This document shows positions 37,793 through 46,158 of a DNA stretch of 55,654 nucleotides, in pieces (positions within the stretch are counted from its first letter, which is position 1; each line of letters opens with the position of its first letter). Under the pieces are notes generated by a model. That model worked only from the letters and a program-made list of their open reading frames with translations, was not told the origin of the DNA and searched no databases. The position numbers and the translations under genes were made by a program. Location of the stretch: NCBI GenBank assembly GCA_903855135.1, contig CAINYB010000014.1, forward strand, positions 1 to 55,654. Reading direction: 5' to 3'. The stretch comes from an uncultured bacterium (lineage in GTDB: Bacteria; Patescibacteriota; Patescibacteriia; UBA1558; GWA2-36-10).

Positions 37793-38074
37793 ATGGGAAA
37801 AATGACAAAAACAGAAATGCTTTCAGCCTTGTCAGAAGTGACAGGTTTGAGCAAAAAAGATGTCAAAACTTTGTTAGACGCCATGACTGAAATGGCTTAT
37901 AAAGAAGTTAAAAAGAGTGGCGAATTTTCTTTAGCAGGACTTGGTAAATTAGTTAAAGTTAATCGCAAAGCCAGAGAAGGCCGCAATCCAGCCACTGGTG
38001 AAACTATTAAGATCCCAGCTAAAACTGTTGTTAAATTCCGTGTAGCTAAAGCTGCTAAAGAAGCAGTCTTGTAA
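37793..38074 (+). CDS. hup: HU family DNA-binding protein
   Basis: MTKTE, GLGKL, RKAREGRNPATGETIKIPAK..VKFR. Confidence 0.95.
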   Translation: MGKMTKTEMLSALSEVTGLSKKDVKTLLDAMTEMAYKEVKKSGEFSLAGLGKLVKVNRKAREGRNPATGETIKIPAKTVVKFRVAKAAKEAVL

Positions 38075-38116
38075 AAATTGTCACCCTCGCATAAGCGGGG
38101 GTTGATTCTTATTTCT

Positions 38117-38148
38117 AAAAAACACCCTAGATTATTCAGGGTGTTTTT
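38117..38148. terminator. Bidirectional terminator between convergent genes
   Basis: AAAAACACCCT..AGGGTGTTTTT. Confidence 0.8.
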
Positions 38149-38162
38149 GTTTAGATCATTTT

Positions 38163-40268
38163 TTATCTCTTATATAAAAAAACTGTGTTTTTGCCGACAG
38201 TGAAATAGCTATCAGCATTTTCCTTGGCCTGTGTAATGGCAGATTTGGCGCTGTGCCAGTAGTTTGGCACCACAAAGTATAAACGACCAACTTGCGCTTT
38301 ATCCATTGCTCTGGTGGCTGTTTCTTTATCAGCCTTAGTTTCTATCATGCTTAAAAATTCTTGATAGATATTTTCATTGCCAACGGGCATGGAGTAATAA
38401 AAATTATTTTGATAATAATGTTTAAAGCCGTATTTATCGATAGCAGCGGCACCAAGCATTTGATTAGCCAAAACTATATAGCTTTCATCGCCAGCACTTT
38501 CTGCTATCAAAACTACAGTTTCTAGATCATCGGCCGTGACATTGAAGCTTTGGCTGTTTTTATATCTATCATAGAGAGGATAGCTAAAATAGGTACTAGT
38601 CAAAATAATAATGACACTGACAGTAATTAAGAAAATTTTATTTGGATGTAAGAGTGGTTTTTTTAAGCTGGTGCGCCAAGCAAAAAACCAAGTAGTTAAA
38701 AGTAGAGGAATACTGCTTAATTTAAATAACAAAATAATTCTTAATAAATAATCATTTTGTTGATAATCTATTTGTTCACTAAAAGAAATAAAGAGCAAAG
38801 CAATGAGATAATTTAAAGCTAAAAAGCTTAATAGTAAATAATGCTTAGTGAAAAATAGATATTTATGTTTTTTAAAGATTAAGTAAGCCGATAAAATAAA
38901 GAAAATAGTAAAGATTAAGTCAGCATTTTGACCTAAATTATGCGCAAAATCTAAGGCAAAATTATAGCTTTGTGCCCAATGTAATTTTGGCCAAGTAATT
39001 TGTGGTACATGTAAGCTAAAAATATTAGTCCACGATTTTTGAGCTAAATATTGATAAAGTGCAAAAAATAAAGGTAAACTGATAGTAGCACTTAAATATA
39101 TGCCAAGATTACCGATTTTTTTAGTAAGCGGACTAAATTTAGTTTTTTCCCACCATAAAAATAAGACTAAAATAAAACTGGAAATACCACCCAAAGGATG
39201 AATAGTTAGGAGTGCGAGGCTAAAAAAAGTAGCAAATGGCAAGTAGCGTCGATTTTTTTGCAAAAGTGGGAGTAAAAAAATAAAAACAGCTGATAATAAA
39301 AAAGCTAAATTTTGCGGCGTAGTCATGATGGCAAAATTAAAGCCAAAGATAATGCTGATTAAAATACTGCTCAAAGTTATTTTAGTTGACCACTTGAGAC
39401 CGTATTTTAAGCCATAGTATAAAGTATATGGCCAAAGTAGAGCAAAGCTGACTGGCACTAAATATTGATTGATTTTGACTAAAGATATTTGCCACAAGTC
39501 ACTTAAAAATAAAGTCCAGGCATATTGGCCGATATATAAAAATAAATGTGGTTTTAAAGTGCCAGTGTCTTTGATGACTTGCAAAGCACTTTGATGTAAA
39601 AATTGATCATAGCCAAAACCCAAAGGATAAAGTAATAAAGCGATGCTACTGATGACAAAAAAATGTAAGCTAACTAAAAATAAAGTTTTTTGGCTTTTTT
39701 GACTTTGTAAAATCCAGGTAATTAATAAAATAGAAGCAATACTTAATAAAATCCAAAATTTATAGCTTAATAATTCCCAGGGTGAGCGAATGAGCCCGGT
39801 GCTCGCTTTTTTAGTGACATACCAGAGCATTAATAAGTCTGTCCAAAGGATAGCGAGCGGAATAATTATTTTTGGTAGTTTGCGTAAAGACCAAGTGCTA
39901 AAGTCTAAATTTGGCAGAAAATAATGATTGATAGTTTTTTTCCAGGAGCTAAATTCCGTGGTGATGGTCACTATAGCCAGTGAGCTCAAGAAAGTCCAAA
40001 TATTTATTAGCCAAAAGTGATAAAATAGGCTATAAATTAAACTAAAAGTAAAGAGGATGCTTAAAAAGCCAAAAATGTTTTTTAAACTGCCAGGTACAAA
40101 GTCAAACCAGGTGTCACCAATTTTTTTAGCATTAAAAGCTAGCCAGAATATGCCAGCAATTAAACCTAAAATTGGCCAGTGTAAATACTGCCAATTAGTT
40201 ATAATCACAGCCAAAAGGATGGCTTGCCAGGCAAAATGTTGTTGGCGGCTAAAAGTAATCATTGCCAT
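38163..40268 (-). CDS. Large polytopic membrane protein (possibly GT-C fold)
   Basis: Many TM segments, GYDQFLH loop, C-terminal soluble domain; start moved to ATG 40268 to avoid overlap. Confidence 0.65.
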   Translation of the reverse strand: MAMITFSRQQHFAWQAILLAVIITNWQYLHWPILGLIAGIFWLAFNAKKIGDTWFDFVPGSLKNIFGFLSILFTFSLIYSLFYHFWLINIWTFLSSLAIVTITTEFSSWKKTINHYFLPNLDFSTWSLRKLPKIIIPLAILWTDLLMLWYVTKKASTGLIRSPWELLSYKFWILLSIASILLITWILQSQKSQKTLFLVSLHFFVISSIALLLYPLGFGYDQFLHQSALQVIKDTGTLKPHLFLYIGQYAWTLFLSDLWQISLVKINQYLVPVSFALLWPYTLYYGLKYGLKWSTKITLSSILISIIFGFNFAIMTTPQNLAFLLSAVFIFLLPLLQKNRRYLPFATFFSLALLTIHPLGGISSFILVLFLWWEKTKFSPLTKKIGNLGIYLSATISLPLFFALYQYLAQKSWTNIFSLHVPQITWPKLHWAQSYNFALDFAHNLGQNADLIFTIFFILSAYLIFKKHKYLFFTKHYLLLSFLALNYLIALLFISFSEQIDYQQNDYLLRIILLFKLSSIPLLLTTWFFAWRTSLKKPLLHPNKIFLITVSVIIILTSTYFSYPLYDRYKNSQSFNVTADDLETVVLIAESAGDESYIVLANQMLGAAAIDKYGFKHYYQNNFYYSMPVGNENIYQEFLSMIETKADKETATRAMDKAQVGRLYFVVPNYWHSAKSAITQAKENADSYFTVGKNTVFLYKR

Positions 40269-40307
40269 CAGTTTAACATAATTTCCGTTTTTTGTTAAAA
40301 TATAGCT

Positions 40308-40808
40308 ATGGGATTCACAGCACAGCAAATTAGGCACTATTTTTTTTATTTTTGGTTATTTTTAGCCATTATCTTATTATTCTTTTTATTAAACCAAAAC
40401 ATTAAGCTTGGGGACAAATGGTCTTATGATTTGGATTTAAGTCAAGTCAATACCAGGGATTGGTATGGAGCGTATCCAGAAACCAGAACAACTTATATAA
40501 AAGACAAGTATTTACAGGTTTTAGCTGAGCCATTATATTGGCAGATTTATTTACCCAAAAAATATAAAACTGTTTTGTGGCGAGCCAAAATCATCAATAC
40601 TAATCAACAGCCAGTTTCGATTGGTTTAAAACAAGCAGATGGTTCTTGGGAGATGCAAGAAGTAAAAACTGATCAATTTACTTTAGAGTTTGCTTTAAAA
40701 AATGCCTTAATTAAAAATAATCGCTTAGAATTTATCATGTCTTTACCGGAAATATCTACTGATAAGCAGATATTTATAGAAAATATAAATTTAGAGTTTA
40801 ATAAATAA
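40308..40808 (+). CDS. Hypothetical single-TM protein
   Basis: N-terminal hydrophobic helix, host-like composition. Confidence 0.6.
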   Translation: MGFTAQQIRHYFFYFWLFLAIILLFFLLNQNIKLGDKWSYDLDLSQVNTRDWYGAYPETRTTYIKDKYLQVLAEPLYWQIYLPKKYKTVLWRAKIINTNQQPVSIGLKQADGSWEMQEVKTDQFTLEFALKNALIKNNRLEFIMSLPEISTDKQIFIENINLEFNK

Positions 40809-40825
40809 ACCTATGCTAAAATTCC

Positions 40826-40896
40826 CTCCCGCAACGCGGGAGCATATGAGTGACTTTAGGAGAGTGCGCTAGCTATTTTCGCCCGCGCAGCGGGCG
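40826..40896. repeat. Pair of CCCGC-N3-GCGGG palindromes
   Basis: CTCCCGC-AAC-GCGGGAG (40826-42); CGCCCGC-GCA-GCGGGCG (40880-96). Confidence 0.85.
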
Positions 40897-40917
40897 GATA
40901 ATAAGAAGTAAGTATTT

Positions 40918-41091
40918 ATGCAAAACTATAAATTAATCATCAAAGATTTCTTTAAAGTCGCTTTATGGCTCTGGGTAGTTTTAGTTTTGTTAGAGATTTT
41001 ATTTCCGGGAGCGATTAATCGCTTTTTAAATTTAGAATTATATTTTTACTTGCTAGTAATATTTTTTATTATAATGCGTTTTGTGGTATAA
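40918..41091 (+). CDS. Small two-TM membrane protein (57 aa), not in the ORF track
   Basis: MQNYKLIIKDFFKVALWLWVVLVLLEILFPGAINRFLNLELYFYLLVIFFIIMRFVV. Confidence 0.6.
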   Translation: MQNYKLIIKDFFKVALWLWVVLVLLEILFPGAINRFLNLELYFYLLVIFFIIMRFVV

Positions 41092-41232
41092 TAAAGTTGT
41101 CAAGAAATTATTGGGGGATAATATGGAGCAAAAGAGTAAATAAAACAAAAATGAACAAAAAGAAAAAAGTTGCTCGTAAAAAACACCGTAAATTAAGAGG
41201 CAAAGAAATTTTATTTGTCCGTTATTAATATT

Positions 41233-42558
41233 ATGACGATAAATAAAAATAAAATGTATGTAGTGACAGTTGATATGGGCTACGGTCATCAACGCGCTGC
41301 TCATCCATTGGCACCAGCTGCTCAAAATGGCATTATTAACGCTAATCATTATCAGGGTATTAGCAGAAAAGAGGAAAAATCTTGGAGTGGTGGGCGTAAA
41401 TGGTATGAAATAATTTCTCGTTTCAAAGACGTGCCGATTTTAGGTGATTTTGTTTTCTCTATGATGGATGATTTTCAAAAAATTGAGCCTTTTTATCCAC
41501 GTCGTGATTTATCTAAAAACTCTAGCCAACAAAAATATTTTTTTAAACAAGTTAAACGTGGTTTGGGAAAAAATTTGATTGAACAATTAAATCGCAAGCC
41601 TTTGCCATTGGTGACTAGTTTTTTTGTACCAGCTTATTTTGCGGAATATCACGGCTATAAAGGGCCTATTTATTGTATTGTTTGTGATGCGGATGTGGCT
41701 CGTGCTTGGGCACCATATTATCCAAAAACTAGTCGCGCTATTTATCTAGCGCCAAACAAAAGAGTCAAAGAACGTTTATTGCTTTATGGTGTAAAAGAAA
41801 AAAATATTTATGTGACGGGTTTTCCTTTACCGAAAGATAATATTGGTGGCCCAGGTCAAGTAATATTAAAAAAAGACTTAAAACATCGTTTATTTAATCT
41901 TGATCCCCGTGGTATTTACCGTAAAAAATACGCTAAGCTAATTGAGGATTATTTATGCCCAGTTAAAGAAATTAAACACAATAATCATCCTTTGACTATC
42001 ACTTTTGCGGTTGGTGGCGCTGGTGCGCAAAGAGAAATTGGCGAAACTTTATTAAGAGTTTTAGCTAAAAAAATAAAAGCCAATAAATTAAATTTAAATT
42101 TAGTGGCTGGCACCAGAAATGATGTGTATTTATTTTTTCAACAAGCAGTCAAAAAATATTGTCTCAATAAATGTTCTAATGTAAAAATTATTTACGCGGA
42201 AAGTAAATATAATTATTTTAAACTTTTTAATGAAGCTTTAAGAACTTCTGATATCTTGTGGACTAAGCCATCAGAACTTACTTTTTATTGTGGTTTAGGT
42301 TTGCCGATTATTATGTCCACACCAGTTGGCTCCCAAGAAAATTATAATCGTGATTGGCTTTTGAGTATTGGTGCTGGTGTAGACTCTCAAGATCCAGAAT
42401 ATGCTGATGAATGGTTGTTTGATTGGCTAGATTCTGGCTGGCTAGCGGAAAGTGCTATGCATGGTTTTTTGGATGCGCCAAAAATGGGCACCTACCATAT
42501 AGAAAATATTGTTTTAAATAATAAAATTCAAGAAATAGAGGACATTCATTTGTTATAA
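41233..42558 (+). CDS. GT-B glycosyltransferase, GT28/diacylglycerol glycosyltransferase-like
   Basis: VDMGYGHQRAA, VTGFPL, AVGGAG, TKPSEL, SQENYN; start uncertain (41215/41233/41254). Confidence 0.65.
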   Translation: MTINKNKMYVVTVDMGYGHQRAAHPLAPAAQNGIINANHYQGISRKEEKSWSGGRKWYEIISRFKDVPILGDFVFSMMDDFQKIEPFYPRRDLSKNSSQQKYFFKQVKRGLGKNLIEQLNRKPLPLVTSFFVPAYFAEYHGYKGPIYCIVCDADVARAWAPYYPKTSRAIYLAPNKRVKERLLLYGVKEKNIYVTGFPLPKDNIGGPGQVILKKDLKHRLFNLDPRGIYRKKYAKLIEDYLCPVKEIKHNNHPLTITFAVGGAGAQREIGETLLRVLAKKIKANKLNLNLVAGTRNDVYLFFQQAVKKYCLNKCSNVKIIYAESKYNYFKLFNEALRTSDILWTKPSELTFYCGLGLPIIMSTPVGSQENYNRDWLLSIGAGVDSQDPEYADEWLFDWLDSGWLAESAMHGFLDAPKMGTYHIENIVLNNKIQEIEDIHLL

Positions 42559-42561
42559 AAT

Positions 42562-43896
42562 ATGAAAATTACAAACTTTACTATCAATTTATATAAAAGT
42601 ATCAAAGAACCATTGCAATTTTCTCCGCAACTGGTAAATATTTTGATCGGTCAAAATAATTGTGGTAAAAGTAATATTTTATACGCGATAGATTATTTAT
42701 TTGATGTTCGTGGTGTCTCGAATGTTTTAGCTTATTTTAAAGCTGATATCAAAGTTGAATTAGAATTTACTCAAGAAGAAAAAAATCAATGGTCTTTACC
42801 GGACATCAAAGCAACTTTATCTTTACAAAATGAACAGCGTAAATTAATTTTTCCACAAAAAACTATCAATTATCAGGGTAGTTTGAGAAATTTTTTAGCT
42901 AAAAAAATTAAGCACTTAAATTATGAGGCTTTTAATGATTTGACTAATTTAGATAAAGATTGGCAAAGTTTTTTGAAATACCCGAAAGCGGTCAAATTAT
43001 TTACCGCCAATCTAAATAAGCATTTTCCTAAAATAAAACTATCTAATGACGCTTTAGAGTTGGATTATGACAAAGCTGCTATCAAAGAGGGTAAACGTAA
43101 TGCCACTATTGATCATTTAGGCTCTGGTTTTAGGCGAGTCTTTGCTACTTTGCTTTATATTTTTCATCCTGAATATGAACTAGTGATTATCGATGAGCCA
43201 GAAACGCATCTTCATCCAGTGATGGTAAAAAAATTGTTATGGGCTATGCAAAATAGCCAGTTTGGACAAGTATTTTTTACTACACATTCGCCACTATTTA
43301 TTAATTCTGTCACTTTAAATCAATTATTACGAGTGATAAAAGATGATAAGAGTACCAGAGCTTTTGGTTTGCCGATGCAAAAACAGCGCTACAGCTATCA
43401 ACGTTTGATGCAAGAGTTAGATGCTGATAACACCGAGATGTTATTTGCTGATACTGTTATTTTGGTCGAAGGTGTATCAGATCGTATTTTACTACGAGCT
43501 TTGATTGATAGATTTTATACCGGTGATAAAGATGTTAAAGTTGTACAAACACACGGCAAAGGTAACGTGGGCTTATATATTGATTTATTAAAAATTTTTA
43601 AAATTAATTATTTAGTTTTATTAGACAAAGATATTTTGACTTATCAGTTAGATAATGTTTTGCAACATTTAGAAATAAAATTAAAAAGTCGTGGTTTTAC
43701 ACAGATGATCGCAGAATTAAAAAGTTATCATATTTTTGTCTTGCCAAGTGGTGCTATCGAAAGTCATTATCCAAAAAAATATCAAACCAATGACAGTAAA
43801 CCACTGAATGCTATCAATGCCGGTAGCTTGATCACTGATTATGATTTTGCTAGTAACACTATGGCACCTCTGCGAGAAATTATTGATAATATATAA
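42562..43896 (+). CDS. OLD-family ATP-dependent endonuclease (ABC ATPase + TOPRIM)
   Basis: GQNNCGKSN, GSG, IDEPETHLHP, TTHSP, LVEGVSD, LDKD. Confidence 0.9.
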   Translation: MKITNFTINLYKSIKEPLQFSPQLVNILIGQNNCGKSNILYAIDYLFDVRGVSNVLAYFKADIKVELEFTQEEKNQWSLPDIKATLSLQNEQRKLIFPQKTINYQGSLRNFLAKKIKHLNYEAFNDLTNLDKDWQSFLKYPKAVKLFTANLNKHFPKIKLSNDALELDYDKAAIKEGKRNATIDHLGSGFRRVFATLLYIFHPEYELVIIDEPETHLHPVMVKKLLWAMQNSQFGQVFFTTHSPLFINSVTLNQLLRVIKDDKSTRAFGLPMQKQRYSYQRLMQELDADNTEMLFADTVILVEGVSDRILLRALIDRFYTGDKDVKVVQTHGKGNVGLYIDLLKIFKINYLVLLDKDILTYQLDNVLQHLEIKLKSRGFTQMIAELKSYHIFVLPSGAIESHYPKKYQTNDSKPLNAINAGSLITDYDFASNTMAPLREIIDNI

Positions 43897-43911
43897 ATAA
43901 CAAGAAGCATA

Positions 43912-44025
43912 TTTCCTCCCGCGCAGCGGGAGGAAAACCGGGTACTTGAAGTTAATTTAATCACTCCCGCGCCGCGGGAGGAAAATGAGAGCTTTTAAAT
44001 TTAATCACCCTCGCAAGACGAGGGT
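43912..44025. repeat. Three spaced GC-rich hairpins (degenerate tandem array)
   Basis: TTTCCTCCCGC-GCA-GCGGGAGGAAA; CTCCCGC-GCC-GCGGGAG; ACCCTCG-CAAGA-CGAGGGT; AATTTAATCAC precedes units 2 and 3. Confidence 0.8.
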
Positions 44026-44048
44026 AGTATAAAAAATAAAATAATTTT

Positions 44049-44981
44049 ATGAATTGGTTAGTTGTTGCGATTTTTGCCTATCTTATTTTAGCACTAGTAA
44101 ATTTAGCGGATAAATTTTTGTTAGATAAGATAGTCCCAAGTGCCAAAACTTATACTTTTTTAGTGAGCGTCTTAGGTTTGATAGTATTAGTGGTTGCGCC
44201 ATGGGCCTTACATTGGCCAGGGATTTATTGGTTGATAGTAAATTTATTGGTTGGTGCTATTTTCCCTTTCGCACTATTACTTTTGTATCGGGCTTTAAAA
44301 TTAGGTGACACTTCAAAAATTATTCCCTTGATCGGTGGGGCAATTCCGATTTTTACTATTGCTTTATCGATTTTATTTTTAGGTGATAGTTTTTCTTTAC
44401 GCCAGTGGTTGGCGATTGTTTTGTTGATTTGCGGCACAGTGTTAATGGCTCTGATGCCCGCTGGACATAGTCTTTGGAGCCAGATGATGCTTTGGTTTGG
44501 TTTGGCTAAAGTAAAAAATAGAGAAGCTATCATGACAGCGATTGGTGCTGGTTTATTATTTGCTCTATTTTTCGTAGGAACTAAATATACTTATCAAGCA
44601 CAAGAGTTTTTAAGTGCTTTTATTTGGGTAAGAATTGGTACTTTTTTAGCTGGCTTAGCCTTGTTGCTACCAAAAGAGCAAAGGCACGAGATTTTCCATG
44701 GCTTGAGAAAAATTCATGGTGGCAAGGGATTTCTATTGTTTGCGAATCAAGCGATTGCCGCTATCGGATTTTTATTACAAAATTATGCCATCTTTTTAGG
44801 TTCAGTCGCTCTAGTCAATGCTTTACAGGGCGTGCAATATGCCTTTTTGTTGGTATTAGGAGCTTTGATTTCAGTCTTTTATCCAAATTTATTAAAAGAA
44901 AATATCTCTACCAAAGTTATTATCCAAAAATTTTTAGCTGTTATTTTGATTAGTATTGGTTTATATTTTCTAGCTTTTTAG
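44049..44981 (+). CDS. EamA/DMT family transporter
   Basis: About 10 TM helices in two repeats; LYRALK.GD.S.I.P. Confidence 0.85.
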   Translation: MNWLVVAIFAYLILALVNLADKFLLDKIVPSAKTYTFLVSVLGLIVLVVAPWALHWPGIYWLIVNLLVGAIFPFALLLLYRALKLGDTSKIIPLIGGAIPIFTIALSILFLGDSFSLRQWLAIVLLICGTVLMALMPAGHSLWSQMMLWFGLAKVKNREAIMTAIGAGLLFALFFVGTKYTYQAQEFLSAFIWVRIGTFLAGLALLLPKEQRHEIFHGLRKIHGGKGFLLFANQAIAAIGFLLQNYAIFLGSVALVNALQGVQYAFLLVLGALISVFYPNLLKENISTKVIIQKFLAVILISIGLYFLAF

Positions 44982-44982
44982 T

Positions 44983-46008
44983 ATGATATTTTTTATTAAA
45001 AAACATTGGAAGATTATTTTATTAATAATTTTTTTATTTTTTGTTTTTTATTTATTTAAATTTGCTAAACACTATCCAGCTAACATTAATCTACAATCAA
45101 ATCCAGATTTGTGGGGCGTTACTTTTTCTACTAAGTTTTCTAAATATTTAGCGCTAGATATTAATGACTTGTATGCTGCTATTTTGGATGATTTGCAAGT
45201 AAAACAAATTCGTTTATCTATTTATTGGGATGAAATTGAGAGCAAAGAAGGAGAGTATGATTTTTCTCAATATGATTATTTATTAGCCGAGGGTGCTAAA
45301 AGAAAAGTAAAATTTATTTTAAATATCGGTTATCGTTTACCACGTTGGCCAGAGTGTCATGCACCAAAATGGGTCATGGCTAAAAAAAATGATGAAGTGC
45401 AAACTGAAACTTTGAAAATGTTGGCTACCATCGTGAAGCGTTATCAAGATCGACCAGAGGTTATTGCCTGGCAAGTGGAAAATGAGCCTTTAGTAAATTG
45501 GTTTGGTGAATGTCCAAAATCTGATTTGGGTTTTTTGCAAAGCGAAGTAGCTTTAGTGAAAAAATTAGATAGCAGGCCAGTGATTATTTCGGCTTCTGGA
45601 GAATTAAGTACTTGGTCTAGAGAAGCTAAAGTTGGTGATATTTTAGCAACTACTGTTTATCGCGTGGTTTGGAATCCTATATTTAAATATTCTCGTTATC
45701 CTATTCCAAGTGGTTTTTATGCTTGGAAAGCAAAAAGATTAAATAAATTAGGTGATAAGATGATATTGAGCGAACTACAAGCCGAACCTTGGGTGCCAGC
45801 TAATCCTAAAAACCCTAATTTTTCTATGATTGATTTATCAAAAAAACAAATTGATGCTTCGATGAGCGTGAAACAATTTAAAGCAAATTTGCAATATGCT
45901 CAAGATATTGGTTTTAGTAAAAACTATCTTTGGGGAGTGGAGTGGTGGTATTGGCAAAAAATTCACAGTCAGCCAGAGTATTGGGAAATCGCCAAAACTT
46001 TGTTTTAA
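44983..46008 (+). CDS. Clan GH-A glycoside hydrolase, membrane anchored
   Basis: RLSIYWDEIE, WQVENEP acid/base, LSELQAEPW nucleophile. Confidence 0.8.
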   Translation: MIFFIKKHWKIILLIIFLFFVFYLFKFAKHYPANINLQSNPDLWGVTFSTKFSKYLALDINDLYAAILDDLQVKQIRLSIYWDEIESKEGEYDFSQYDYLLAEGAKRKVKFILNIGYRLPRWPECHAPKWVMAKKNDEVQTETLKMLATIVKRYQDRPEVIAWQVENEPLVNWFGECPKSDLGFLQSEVALVKKLDSRPVIISASGELSTWSREAKVGDILATTVYRVVWNPIFKYSRYPIPSGFYAWKAKRLNKLGDKMILSELQAEPWVPANPKNPNFSMIDLSKKQIDASMSVKQFKANLQYAQDIGFSKNYLWGVEWWYWQKIHSQPEYWEIAKTLF

Positions 46009-46041
46009 AAATAAAGCAGATGACACTAATATAATTCTGGA

Positions 46042-46092
46042 GTCCCGCGAAGCGGGACGATAGATATCAAATCTGCCCGTCAGGGCAGATTT
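46042..46092. repeat. CCCGC-GAA-GCGGG hairpin plus a second terminator-like hairpin
   Basis: GTCCCGC-GAA-GCGGGAC (46042-58); AAATCTGCCC-GTCA-GGGCAGATTT (46069-92). Confidence 0.8.
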
Positions 46093-46158
46093 CTTGTATT
46101 TTTATGTGCCTTTATGTTATAATTTAAGCAAATTAATTAAAAATTAAACTAAAATTTC

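Noticed and set aside
42562-43896. Gabija system
   Set aside because: No GajB/UvrD helicase adjacent
43912-44025. Mini CRISPR array beside a nuclease
   Set aside because: Repeats are not identical, only three units, and the neighbour is OLD family rather than Cas
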